A stretch of DNA of 64,000 nucleotides from the NCBI GenBank assembly GCA_964472135.1, contig CAYYJB010000001.1, forward strand, positions 67,944 through 131,943. Reading direction: 5' to 3'. This stretch comes from an uncultured Gemmobacter sp. Its GTDB lineage: Bacteria; Pseudomonadota; Alphaproteobacteria; Rhodobacterales; Rhodobacteraceae. A model generated the notes under the pieces. That model saw only the letters and a list, made by a program, of their open reading frames with translations, ran no database searches and was not told where the DNA came from. Shown here piece after piece: positions 18,788 to 27,389 of the stretch (position 1 is the stretch's first letter; each line of letters begins with the position of its first letter). A program made the position numbers and the translations under genes.

Positions 18788-19257
18788 GGCGCGCCCCCTC
18801 GGGCGGTGCCCGCCACCTCGGCCACGGCATCGACGATTGCCTGATAGCCCGTGCAGCGGCAATAATTGCCCGACAGCCAGTCGCGGATGGCCGCGCGGTC
18901 GGGTCCGCCCCCGAGGGCGATCCATTCCGCCGCCGTCAGCAGCATCCCCGGCGTGCAAAACCCGCATTGGAGCGCGTTGCGCCGGTGAAAGGCATCCTGC
19001 AGGGCGGCGATTTCGCCCGTGGCCGAGACGCCCTCGATCGTCTCGACGCGCGCCCCCTCGGCCTGCACCGCGAGCGTCAGGCAGGCGCGCACGATGGCGC
19101 CGTTCAGGCGCACCGTGCAGGCCCCGCACACCCCGTGCTCGCAGCCCACATGCGTCCCCGTCAGGCCGAGGGTCTGGCGCAGGAAATCCGCCAGATGCTG
19201 CCGCGGTTCCACATCGGCCGTCACCGCCTCGCCGTTGACGATCAGCGAAACCCTCAT
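18784..19257 (-). CDS. (2Fe-2S)-binding small subunit (CoxS-like)
   Basis: 157 aa. Cysteine motifs CEHGVCGACTV and CGFCTPG...CRCTGY. ATGA overlaps on both sides. Confidence 0.93.
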   Translation of the reverse strand: MRVSLIVNGEAVTADVEPRQHLADFLRQTLGLTGTHVGCEHGVCGACTVRLNGAIVRACLTLAVQAEGARVETIEGVSATGEIAALQDAFHRRNALQCGFCTPGMLLTAAEWIALGGGPDRAAIRDWLSGNYCRCTGYQAIVDAVAEVAGTARGGAP

Positions 19258-20093
19258 TCCGTCAATCCCGCCTGAACGAGCGCGCGCCGCAGCACCACGC
19301 GCGCGATCTGCGCGCGCGTGGCGGCGTCGGTCGCGTGATCCGAGGCCACCTCGATGCCGGCAAGGGCCGTGTGGGCGATTTCGGCCGCCGTCGCCCCCGT
19401 GGCAAGGGCCGCTTCGGCCGCGCCGTCGCGCCGCGGCCCGTCGCCCACGCCGAACCACACGATGCGCGGCGCCGCCGCCCAGCACACCGCGACCCCGGCC
19501 AGCGCGTAATCGCCCCGGCGGCGGGCCAACTCGCCGAAGGCCCAGCGGGCCGCGGGCGCGGCAATCGGCACCTCGATGTGGGTCAGCAATTCGTCCTCGG
19601 CGCGCAGCGTCTCGTAATAGCCACGAAAGAAGCCGTCCGCCTCGACCACCCTCGCCCCTTTCGGCCCGAGCAGGTGCAGCCGCGCCCCGAGCGCCACCGC
19701 CACCGCCGGCATCTCGGCCGCGGGATCGGCATTGCAGATCGACCCGCCGATGGTGCCGCGGTTGCGGATCGCGGCATGGGCGACGAAGGTCGCGGCATGG
19801 GCCAGGATCGGCGCGTGCCGCGCGATGAGCGGATCGCGCTCTATCATCGCATGGGTCGTGAGCGCGCCGATCCGCAGCCACCCGCCGTCTTGCGTGACGC
19901 CCCGCAACGACGCGATCGGCCCGATGTCGATCAGGGTCGCGGGCTGGTCCAGCCGGAAGGCCAGCGCGGGCAGAAGGCTCTGGCCCCCGGCGATGAAGCG
20001 TGCCCCGCCCACTGCCTCCCGCGCCTCGGCAAGCAGCCGCACCGCCTCTGCCGCGTCGGTCGCGCGCAGATAGCTGAAGGGGGCGAATTTCAT
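19254..20093 (-). CDS. FAD-binding medium subunit (CoxM-like)
   Basis: 279 aa from ATG 20091-20093. Motifs FIAGGQSLLP and RNRGTIGGS. Confidence 0.9.
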   Translation of the reverse strand: MKFAPFSYLRATDAAEAVRLLAEAREAVGGARFIAGGQSLLPALAFRLDQPATLIDIGPIASLRGVTQDGGWLRIGALTTHAMIERDPLIARHAPILAHAATFVAHAAIRNRGTIGGSICNADPAAEMPAVAVALGARLHLLGPKGARVVEADGFFRGYYETLRAEDELLTHIEVPIAAPAARWAFGELARRRGDYALAGVAVCWAAAPRIVWFGVGDGPRRDGAAEAALATGATAAEIAHTALAGIEVASDHATDAATRAQIARVVLRRALVQAGLTE

Positions 20094-20219
20094 GACGCGG
20101 GCCTTTGCATGCGCGCAACCTTCTGCACCCGCGCGAAAAACGCAAGCCGTCCGTGGCATTGCCCAGCCGCGCGATCCGCGCGATACCGCGCGCGTACTCA
20201 CCCCGCGAGAGGAACCGCC

Positions 20220-20786
20220 ATGACAGATGCTGCCGCCCGCCCCCCCTATATCCCGCTCGCGCAGATGACGCCCGAGCAGCGCGCCGCGCATGACGCCATC
20301 GTGGCAGGGCCGCGCGGGTCGGTGCCGGGGCCCCTGCGCGTCTGGCTCGTCAACCCGCCCCTGGCCGAGGCCGCGCAGCGCCTCGGGGCCTATTGCCGCT
20401 ATGGATCGCACCTGCCGCCGCGCCTGTCGGAGCTCGCGATCCTCATCACCGGGGCCTTCTGGCGCTCGGGCTACGAATGGGTCGAGCATCTGCCGATCGC
20501 GCTGCGCGCGGGCGTCGATCCCGCTGTGGCCGAGGCAATCCGTACCGGCGCCACGCCCGTCTTCGCCGCCGAGGACGAGGCCGCGCTCCATGCCTTCGCG
20601 CAGGAATTGCTGCGCACCCGACGCGTGTCGGACGCCACCTATGCCGGCGCGGTCCGGGCACTCGGGCGAGAGGGGGTCGTCGATCTGGTGGGCATCCTCG
20701 GCTATTACACGCTCATCTCTCTCACGATCAACGCCTTCGAGGTGCCGCTTCAGGATGGCGCGTCCGAGCCCTTCCCCGAGGGCTGA
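20220..20786 (+). CDS. carboxymuconolactone decarboxylase (AhpD-like) family protein
   Basis: 188 aa from ATG 20220 with RBS GAGAGGAA. CMD-family sequence. Divergent from the CoxMSL-like operon. Confidence 0.8.
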   Translation: MTDAAARPPYIPLAQMTPEQRAAHDAIVAGPRGSVPGPLRVWLVNPPLAEAAQRLGAYCRYGSHLPPRLSELAILITGAFWRSGYEWVEHLPIALRAGVDPAVAEAIRTGATPVFAAEDEAALHAFAQELLRTRRVSDATYAGAVRALGREGVVDLVGILGYYTLISLTINAFEVPLQDGASEPFPEG

Positions 20787-20876
20787 ACCGCGCCCGGCTG
20801 CTGACTTCCGCGACTGCGCCGCTATCATCCTGATGCCGATTCGCCGTCTTGGTCGTCAAATGCGGGAGCCGCCGAA

Positions 20877-22523
20877 ATGAAATTGCGACCGTTGCCCGGC
20901 CAAGGGCGCCGCGACGCCGCCCGGCCGCGCGGCCTGCCGGCGATGGCGGCGCTTCTGCCGCTCGCGGCCTGCGGCGGCGCCGCGACCCCGGGCCGCGACG
21001 GCAGCGCGCCCGCGACCTCGGGCCTGCCCGCAGGCTACGCGCCTCCGCCCTCGGCCTATGTTCCACCGGCGTCGGCCGATCCGGACGCGTTTCTTCTGCT
21101 GCCCGAATACATCAATCCCTACTGGGTGCAGGCGCTCGGCAACGCCGATCACGACTGGCTTTCGGAGTTCTACGATTCCTTCGACGACGTCGTGGCCTTC
21201 ACCTTTCCGCAGACGATGCCCGATTATCTTGCCGGAGACGACACCGTTGGATGGGCGCCCGCCTCGTCGGCCGTGCGGGCGGCGTTCCGGGCCGTCGTTG
21301 CAGACCTCGGACAGATGTTCGATGTCACCTTCACCGAAACAGATGACCCGAACGGTTTCAATGTCATCGCGATATCTCAGAACGATCAGGAAGGGCTTGC
21401 GGGCTATGCCTATTTCCCGCTCCCGGGCCTTTACATCGGATCGGACATCCTGATTTCGAACGAGATGGACGCCCCCGCCCGCAGCGGACCGACCACCAAC
21501 GACGATTACGAGGTACTCATCCACGAACTCGGTCACGCGCTCGGCCTCAAGCATCCGTTCGAGGCCGACGGCGAGGCATCGGTCATCCTGCCCGAGGCCG
21601 AGGACAACACGCGCTGGACGGCGATGACCTACACTCTGGAGCCCGGCTATTACGACGGGGGGTTCAGGGATCTCGACCTCATGGCGCTTGCAGGGATCTT
21701 CGGCGTCAATCCGGGCTGGCGGGCGGGCGACGACACCTATGCCTTTTCCGCGGGTGGGGGTGTCTTCGTGCTGGACGGTGGAGGGGTCGACACGATCAGC
21801 GCCGCGGGCCGGTCGGAGAGCGCGATGATCGACCTGCGGCCCGGCATGCACAGCCATCTTGGCCCCCGCGCCGACCTCATCACGGCGCCATGGCAGTTGA
21901 CCGTCTCGGCCGGAAGCGGGATCGAGAACGCGACAGGTGGCGCGGGCGACGACCATCTGGTGGGCAACGCGCTTGCGAACCTCCTGATGGGCGGCGAGGG
22001 ACGCGACCAGATCTTCGCGGGCGAAGGCGCCGATCGGGTCCGGGGCGGTCGGGGTGACGATGTGATCGATCTCTCGGAAGCCGCGCCCGGCGCGGACACG
22101 GTCGTGTTCGAGACCGATCCGGCGACGAACGGGGCAGATACGATCCATGGCTTCGTGCTGGGGCAGGGGGGCGACGTGGTCGAATTCGTGCCGCTTGCGG
22201 GTGCGGAGCTGCTTGCGGTCGTGGCGGCGGCGCGCGTTCCGGCCGCGAATGTGGGGGGCATGATCCTGCGTCTGGTTGACGATGGCCTCGTCAACGCCGA
22301 TGCGCTGCGGGATGCGCTGTCAACGGGCGGCGATTTCGCCGCGTTGCACATCACCGAGGGGGCCGAGGCGCTGGTGCTGACCGCCCGCTCGCAGCAGACG
22401 GGCGCCGATCAGCATCTCTTTCACGTTGCCGCGACGGGTGCGGCGCTGATCGTCAGCGCGATGGCGACGTTTTCGGGCAACGCACTCGATATCGACGCCT
22501 GGCACGGGACAAATTTCGCCTGA
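20877..22523 (+). CDS. serralysin-like (M10B) zinc metalloprotease with RTX Ca-binding repeats and an N-terminal lipoprotein signal
   Basis: RBS GGGAG 8 nt upstream. Lipobox LPLAAC|GG. Zinc site VLIHELGHALGLKHPFE. Met-turn TAMTYT. Nonapeptide repeats GGAGDDHLVGN / GGEGRDQIFAGEGADRVRGGRGDD. Confidence 0.88.
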   Translation: MKLRPLPGQGRRDAARPRGLPAMAALLPLAACGGAATPGRDGSAPATSGLPAGYAPPPSAYVPPASADPDAFLLLPEYINPYWVQALGNADHDWLSEFYDSFDDVVAFTFPQTMPDYLAGDDTVGWAPASSAVRAAFRAVVADLGQMFDVTFTETDDPNGFNVIAISQNDQEGLAGYAYFPLPGLYIGSDILISNEMDAPARSGPTTNDDYEVLIHELGHALGLKHPFEADGEASVILPEAEDNTRWTAMTYTLEPGYYDGGFRDLDLMALAGIFGVNPGWRAGDDTYAFSAGGGVFVLDGGGVDTISAAGRSESAMIDLRPGMHSHLGPRADLITAPWQLTVSAGSGIENATGGAGDDHLVGNALANLLMGGEGRDQIFAGEGADRVRGGRGDDVIDLSEAAPGADTVVFETDPATNGADTIHGFVLGQGGDVVEFVPLAGAELLAVVAAARVPAANVGGMILRLVDDGLVNADALRDALSTGGDFAALHITEGAEALVLTARSQQTGADQHLFHVAATGAALIVSAMATFSGNALDIDAWHGTNFA

Positions 22524-22535
22524 GCGATCAGCCCC

Positions 22536-23417
22536 TCAGATCAGCACCGCGATCAGCACCGGCAGGGTCGCGAGCGCGATCAGCGTCGAGGCGATGACAA
22601 GGCCGGCGACCACATCGGCGTCGGCGCCGAACTTCTGCGCGAGCAGGTAGGACGTCACCGCGACCGGCATCGCGATCTGGAGCACGAGCACCGCCGAGGC
22701 GACCGCGCCAAGGCCGAAAAGCCGCGCCACCCCGACCCCGATCACGAGGCAGATGACAAGCCGCGCCGCCGAGAGGGCTGCCGCCGGGCCGAACTGTCGC
22801 GTCCCGAGCCGCGCCATCGCGACCCCGAGCGTGAAGAGCATCAGCGGGATCGCCGGCTGCCCTACGAGGTCGAGCGTGTTCTCGATCCACGCGGGCGGTC
22901 GCCAGCCGAGCACCAGCGCCGCCATGCCGCCGATGCTTGCCCAAAGCACCGGCTCGCGCAGGTGGCGCGTCGGATCTCTGCCGCCCGCCACCGCCCAGAC
23001 GCCGACGGTGAAATTCAACAGGATCATCACCGCAAAGACGACGACCGCGAGGCCGAGCCCCTCCGTCCCGAAGGCAAAGAGCGCGAGCGGCAGCCCGAGG
23101 TTGCCGGTATTTCCGAAGACGAGCGGCGCGAGGTAGGTCGAGCGTTCGAGCCCCATCCAGCGCACCAGCGCCCAGATCACGCACCAGAGCGCCCCGTAGG
23201 CCGCGCCCGCTGCGAGCGCGATCTGCGAGAGCGCCTCGGGCGAGAGCGCGCTTTGCGTCAGCGCGACGAACACGAGCGCCGGCAGGCAGACGGACATCAT
23301 CAGCCGGGTGATGAAGTCGACCGGAAACTCGAACCCCCGACGCGCCCAGACATAGCCCGACGCCGCGATCAGGACGACCGGCGCGGTAACCTCGAAGACC
23401 TGCGCCAACGCCTCCAT
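22536..23417 (-). CDS. AEC (auxin efflux carrier) family transporter
   Basis: 293 aa from ATG 23415-23417 (MEALAQVFEV...). About 10 TM segments. The 376-aa maximal ORF was trimmed. Confidence 0.85.
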   Translation of the reverse strand: MEALAQVFEVTAPVVLIAASGYVWARRGFEFPVDFITRLMMSVCLPALVFVALTQSALSPEALSQIALAAGAAYGALWCVIWALVRWMGLERSTYLAPLVFGNTGNLGLPLALFAFGTEGLGLAVVVFAVMILLNFTVGVWAVAGGRDPTRHLREPVLWASIGGMAALVLGWRPPAWIENTLDLVGQPAIPLMLFTLGVAMARLGTRQFGPAAALSAARLVICLVIGVGVARLFGLGAVASAVLVLQIAMPVAVTSYLLAQKFGADADVVAGLVIASTLIALATLPVLIAVLI

Positions 23418-23550
23418 CCCGCCCCCTCGATGCCGCCCGACCGCCCATAGGCCGCGCCGATCGGCCCCGCAAGGCCGCGCTGGGCGGTGGACCTCAACAA
23501 CGCCAGAGGATAAGGCCGGGATCGTGGCCCGCCACTGGCAGGGGGGCCTG

Positions 23551-25245
23551 ATGGGGTCGATGAGGTTGATGGGGCTGAGGCGCTTCTGGGCGTGGATGGG
23601 GTGGGGCGCGCTTCTGCTCGGCCTCGCGCTCCTGTTGCTGCCGGGGCAGGCGAGCCTGCCCGTCATCGATCAGGACGAGGCGCGCTTCGTGCAGGCGAGC
23701 CGGCAGATGGTCGAGGATGGCGCGCTGGTCGACATCCGCTTTCAGGGCGAGCCGCGCTACAAGAAACCGGTCGGCATCTACTGGATCCAGGGCGTCGCGG
23801 CGCGTCTGGCCGGTTTCGGGGCAGAGGCGCCGCTGTGGGTCTGGCGCCTGCCGTCCCTGATCGCGGCCGCCGCGGCGATCGGCCTGACGGCCGCCCTCGG
23901 CGCGGCGCTGTTCGGCGCGCAGGCCGGTGCGGCGGGCGCGGCGCTCTTTGGTGCCGCCTTCGTCCTCTCGGGTGAGGCGCGCATTGCCAAGACGGATGCG
24001 GTGCTGCTCTCGCTCATCCTCGTGATGCTGCTGGTGCTGGCGCGGCTGGCGCGGCCGGGGCGCGGCTGGCAGGCCGGCGCGATGCAGACGGGCGTGCGCA
24101 CGGGGGCCGCCCTGCCGGGGCGCTGGGCGCCCTGGGCCTTCTGGATGGCGTTCGGGGGGGCGGTTCTGGTCAAGGGGCCGATCGGGCCGCTCGCGGTCGG
24201 GCTGACGGCGCTCGGTCATGGCGCGCTCATGCGGGATTTCCGCTGGCTGCGCCCCCTTGGCGCGCCGCTGCCGATCGCGGCCGCCTTCCTCATGGTGCTG
24301 CCTTGGCTGGTCGGCATCACCATTGTCGGCGGCGTTGCATTCTGGCGCGAGGCGGTACTGGGCGATCTGCTCTCGAAGGTCGCGTCGGGGCAGGAGGGCA
24401 AGGGCGCCCCGCCCGGCACCCACCTGCTGCTCATGTGGTTCGCCTTCTGGCCGGGGGTGGCGCTGTTGCCGCTCGCCTGCGCCGGGCTATGGGCTCGGCG
24501 TGGCGAGGCGCAGGTGCGCTTTGCCGTGGCGGCGATCGTTCCCTTCTGGCTCCTGTTCGAGGCGGTGCCGACGAAACTGCTGCACTACACGCTGCCCGCA
24601 TGGCCGGCGCTCGCGATCCTTGTTGCCGCGGGCCTTCTGGGGCGGCGGCAGGTGCCCGGGGTCGCGGCGCGGATCGGGGTGGCGCTGGCGGCGGCGAGCA
24701 TGCCCGCGGTGGCGGTGGCCTTGGTGGCGTTCCAGTTGCGCTGGGGCACACCGGCGGGGGCGATCGCGCTCGTGCTCGGCGCGGTTCTCGCGGCATTCGC
24801 GGGCGTGGCACTCGCGCTCGGGCTGCTCGGCCGCGGCCGCATGACCGGCGCGATCGCCGCGCTGGCGCTCGGCGGCGCGATCTTCAACGCGGGCTTCCTG
24901 TCAGGCGTCGCCCGCACCCCCTATCTCTGGCCGACCGAGGGCGCGGCCGGGCTTGCCGCCGCTGTGGCCGGGGCGCGCGGCTGCGGCCGGCCGTTCCTTG
25001 TGGGCTGGGGCTATTCCGAGCCGTCGGTCGTCTGGGTGGGCGGGCGCGACACGCCGCTGATTGCCGCCGATGCAGCACTTCCCGCCGCTCTCGTCGCAGA
25101 ACCCTGCGCGGTGGTGCTGCGCGACGTCGACCTCGTGCGCATCGAGGCCCCCGGCTGGCAGGTCGTCGGCCGCGTCGAGGGGTTGGCGATCGGGGCGGGA
25201 CGGATCGCGCGGCTCGACCTCCTCCAGCCGGTCGCGCCACCATGA
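23551..25245 (+). CDS. ArnT/PMT-like (GT83/GT39) membrane glycosyltransferase
   Basis: Motif PVIDQDEARFVQASRQM...RYKKPVGIYW, polytopic. ATG 23551 has RBS GGCAGGGGGG; GTG 23524 is an alternative start. Confidence 0.8.
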   Translation: MGSMRLMGLRRFWAWMGWGALLLGLALLLLPGQASLPVIDQDEARFVQASRQMVEDGALVDIRFQGEPRYKKPVGIYWIQGVAARLAGFGAEAPLWVWRLPSLIAAAAAIGLTAALGAALFGAQAGAAGAALFGAAFVLSGEARIAKTDAVLLSLILVMLLVLARLARPGRGWQAGAMQTGVRTGAALPGRWAPWAFWMAFGGAVLVKGPIGPLAVGLTALGHGALMRDFRWLRPLGAPLPIAAAFLMVLPWLVGITIVGGVAFWREAVLGDLLSKVASGQEGKGAPPGTHLLLMWFAFWPGVALLPLACAGLWARRGEAQVRFAVAAIVPFWLLFEAVPTKLLHYTLPAWPALAILVAAGLLGRRQVPGVAARIGVALAAASMPAVAVALVAFQLRWGTPAGAIALVLGAVLAAFAGVALALGLLGRGRMTGAIAALALGGAIFNAGFLSGVARTPYLWPTEGAAGLAAAVAGARGCGRPFLVGWGYSEPSVVWVGGRDTPLIAADAALPAALVAEPCAVVLRDVDLVRIEAPGWQVVGRVEGLAIGAGRIARLDLLQPVAPP

Positions 25246-25964
25246 GGGCTGGGGGAGCAGCGTACGTTGTGTTGCTGGGCGGGCTGATCGCCCTCGCCCT
25301 GCTGGCCGACGCCCGCCTGTTCGAGGTGGTGCGCGCCCATGCGGCCGAGTGGCGCGCGGTCTTTGTCGTCGTGACCGAGATCGGCAATTCGGCCTGGTCG
25401 GGACTGGGCGCGCTGACGGGAGTCCTGCTCTGCGCGCTTGCGCTGCGCCGCGCGGTCGGCAGCCAGGCGCGCGCCCTGCACCAGTTGCAAGGTGCGGCGT
25501 GGTTTCTGTTCGTCGCGGTCGCGATGGGCGGGATCAGCGTCTGGATCGTCAAGAACATGATCGGCCGCAGCCGGCCCGGCACCTTCGATCCGCCCGACCC
25601 CTTCGCCTTCGCCCCCTTTTCCTTCGAGGCGGCTTTTGCCAGCTTCCCCTCGGGCCATTCGACGACCGCGCTGACGGTGGCGGCGGTGCTGGGGTTCGTC
25701 GTGCCGCGGGCATGGGCGGTGCTGATCGCGATCGGCTGTGCGGCGGCAGCGAGTCGCGTGGTGGTGGGGGCGCATTGGGTGTCGGATGTGCTGGCGGGCG
25801 GGGGCTATGGCGTGGCGGCGGCGCATCTGACGCGGGCGTGGTTTGCGGCGCGCGGACGGGTCATCCGCCGCCCTCGGCCCGACGGGCGCGCCCGCCCCAT
25901 CCTATCGGCCGCAATCTGGCGCCGGGCCCTGCGGGGCAACGCCCGGCGCCCGCGCGCCCGGTGA
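25242..25964 (+). CDS. PAP2-family phosphatase (lipid phosphate / lipid A phosphatase-like)
   Basis: Three PAP2 motifs: KNMIGRSRP, PSGHS and SRVVVGAHWVSD. ATGA overlap with the glycosyltransferase. Confidence 0.88.
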   Translation: MRAGGAAYVVLLGGLIALALLADARLFEVVRAHAAEWRAVFVVVTEIGNSAWSGLGALTGVLLCALALRRAVGSQARALHQLQGAAWFLFVAVAMGGISVWIVKNMIGRSRPGTFDPPDPFAFAPFSFEAAFASFPSGHSTTALTVAAVLGFVVPRAWAVLIAIGCAAAASRVVVGAHWVSDVLAGGGYGVAAAHLTRAWFAARGRVIRRPRPDGRARPILSAAIWRRALRGNARRPRAR

Positions 25965-26033
25965 TCGGCCCCTGTTCCCCGGCCACGCTTTGCGCTATGG
26001 CGCGACGACGGATTCAGCGTGTCGGAGGCGAGC

Positions 26034-27038
26034 ATGGCAGTCAGGGTCGGCATCAACGGTTTCGGGCGGATCGGGCGCAATGTGCTGCGCGCGATCCTCG
26101 AATCCGGGCGGCGCGACATCGAGGTGGTGGCGATCAACGATCTCGGCCCGGTCGAGACGAACGCCCACCTCTTGCGCTTTGACAGCGTGCACGGCCGGCT
26201 GCCCTTCGAGGTGAAGACGGGCGAGGGCTGGATCGACGCGGGCCGCGGCCCGATGCGCGTGACGGCGGTGCGCGATCCGGCCCAGCTCGACTGGGGCGGG
26301 CTCGATGTGGTGATGGAGTGCACCGGCATCTTCACCGCCCGCGACAAGGCGGCGGTGCATCTGGCGGCGGGGGCGCGGCGCGTCCTCGTCTCGGCGCCCT
26401 CGGACGGAGCCGACCGCACCATCGTCGAGGGCGTCAACCATGACACGCTGCGCCCCGAGGACCGGGTCGTTTCGAACGCGTCGTGCACGACGAACTGCCT
26501 CGCGCCCGCGGCCAAGGTGTTGCACGAGACGGTGGGCATCCGGCGCGGCTTCATGACGACGGTGCACAGCTACACGGGCGATCAGCCGACGCTCGACACC
26601 ATGCACAAGGATCTCTATCGCGCGCGCGCCGCGGCGCTCTCGATGATCCCGACGACGACGGGGGCGGCCCGGGCGGTGGCCCTCGTGCTGCCCGAGCTGA
26701 AGGGCAGGCTCGATGGCGTCGCGATCCGGGTGCCGACGCCCAACGTGTCGGTCGTGGATCTGACCTTCGAGACGCTGCGCGATACGACCGAGGCCGAAAT
26801 CAACGACGCCTTCCGCGCCGCCGCGGCCGGGCCGCTCGCGCGCGTGCTGTCGGTCACCGATGCCCCGAACGTCAGCATCGACTTCAACCACGATCCGCAT
26901 TCCTCGATCGTGCATCTCGACCAGACGCGGGTGATGGAGGGGCGCTTTGCCCGCATCCTGACCTGGTATGACAACGAATGGGGCTTTTCGAACCGCATGG
27001 GAGACGTGGCCGTGCGGATGGGGGCGCTCGGCGCCTGA
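26034..27038 (+). CDS. gap: type I glyceraldehyde-3-phosphate dehydrogenase
   Basis: INGFGRIGR, catalytic SCTTNC, WYDNEWG. RBS GGAGGCG. ATG 26034 sits inside a GTG-initiated maximal ORF. Confidence 0.96.
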   Translation: MAVRVGINGFGRIGRNVLRAILESGRRDIEVVAINDLGPVETNAHLLRFDSVHGRLPFEVKTGEGWIDAGRGPMRVTAVRDPAQLDWGGLDVVMECTGIFTARDKAAVHLAAGARRVLVSAPSDGADRTIVEGVNHDTLRPEDRVVSNASCTTNCLAPAAKVLHETVGIRRGFMTTVHSYTGDQPTLDTMHKDLYRARAAALSMIPTTTGAARAVALVLPELKGRLDGVAIRVPTPNVSVVDLTFETLRDTTEAEINDAFRAAAAGPLARVLSVTDAPNVSIDFNHDPHSSIVHLDQTRVMEGRFARILTWYDNEWGFSNRMGDVAVRMGALGA

Positions 27039-27065
27039 TCGGCGCGGGCCCCGGCCCCCGATCCT

Positions 27066-27389
27066 TCAGCCGATGTCGATCATGACGCGCCCGCCCTCGA
27101 TGCGGACGGGGTGGGTGCGCAGGTCGATGCAGGCGGGCGCGCGCCGGGCCTTGCCGGTGCGGTAGTCGAAGGTGGCGTTGTGCTTGGGGCATTCGATCTC
27201 GTGGCCCATCACGAGGCCGTCGCAGAGATGGACCTGCTCGTGGGTGCACAACCCGTCGGTGCAGAAGAATTCCCCCTCGGGGCTGCGATAGATCGCGTAG
27301 CTCCGCCCGCCGTGGTCGAAGCGGATCAGATCCTCGGGGTCGATGTCGTCGGTGGCGCAGGCGTCGATCCAGGGCATGGGCGCGCTCAT
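27066..27389 (-). CDS. Rieske [2Fe-2S] ferredoxin (MocE-like)
   Basis: 107 aa. Rieske motif CTH-N16-CPKH. ATGA overlap with the upstream hydroxylase gene. Confidence 0.88.
   Translation of the reverse strand: MSAPMPWIDACATDDIDPEDLIRFDHGGRSYAIYRSPEGEFFCTDGLCTHEQVHLCDGLVMGHEIECPKHNATFDYRTGKARRAPACIDLRTHPVRIEGGRVMIDIG

Noticed and set aside
16388-20093. Carbon-monoxide dehydrogenase call for the CoxMSL-like operon
   Set aside because: The active-site loop lacks the CODH signature Cys motif, there are no coxDEFG-type accessory genes, and the context is catabolic.
20167-20195. Tandem CCGCGCGAT CCGCGCGAT ACCGCGCGCG upstream of the CMD-family gene
   Set aside because: It is a real direct repeat, but made of CG-rich low-complexity sequence that is common in this DNA. 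There is no second site or partner regulator to give it meaning.
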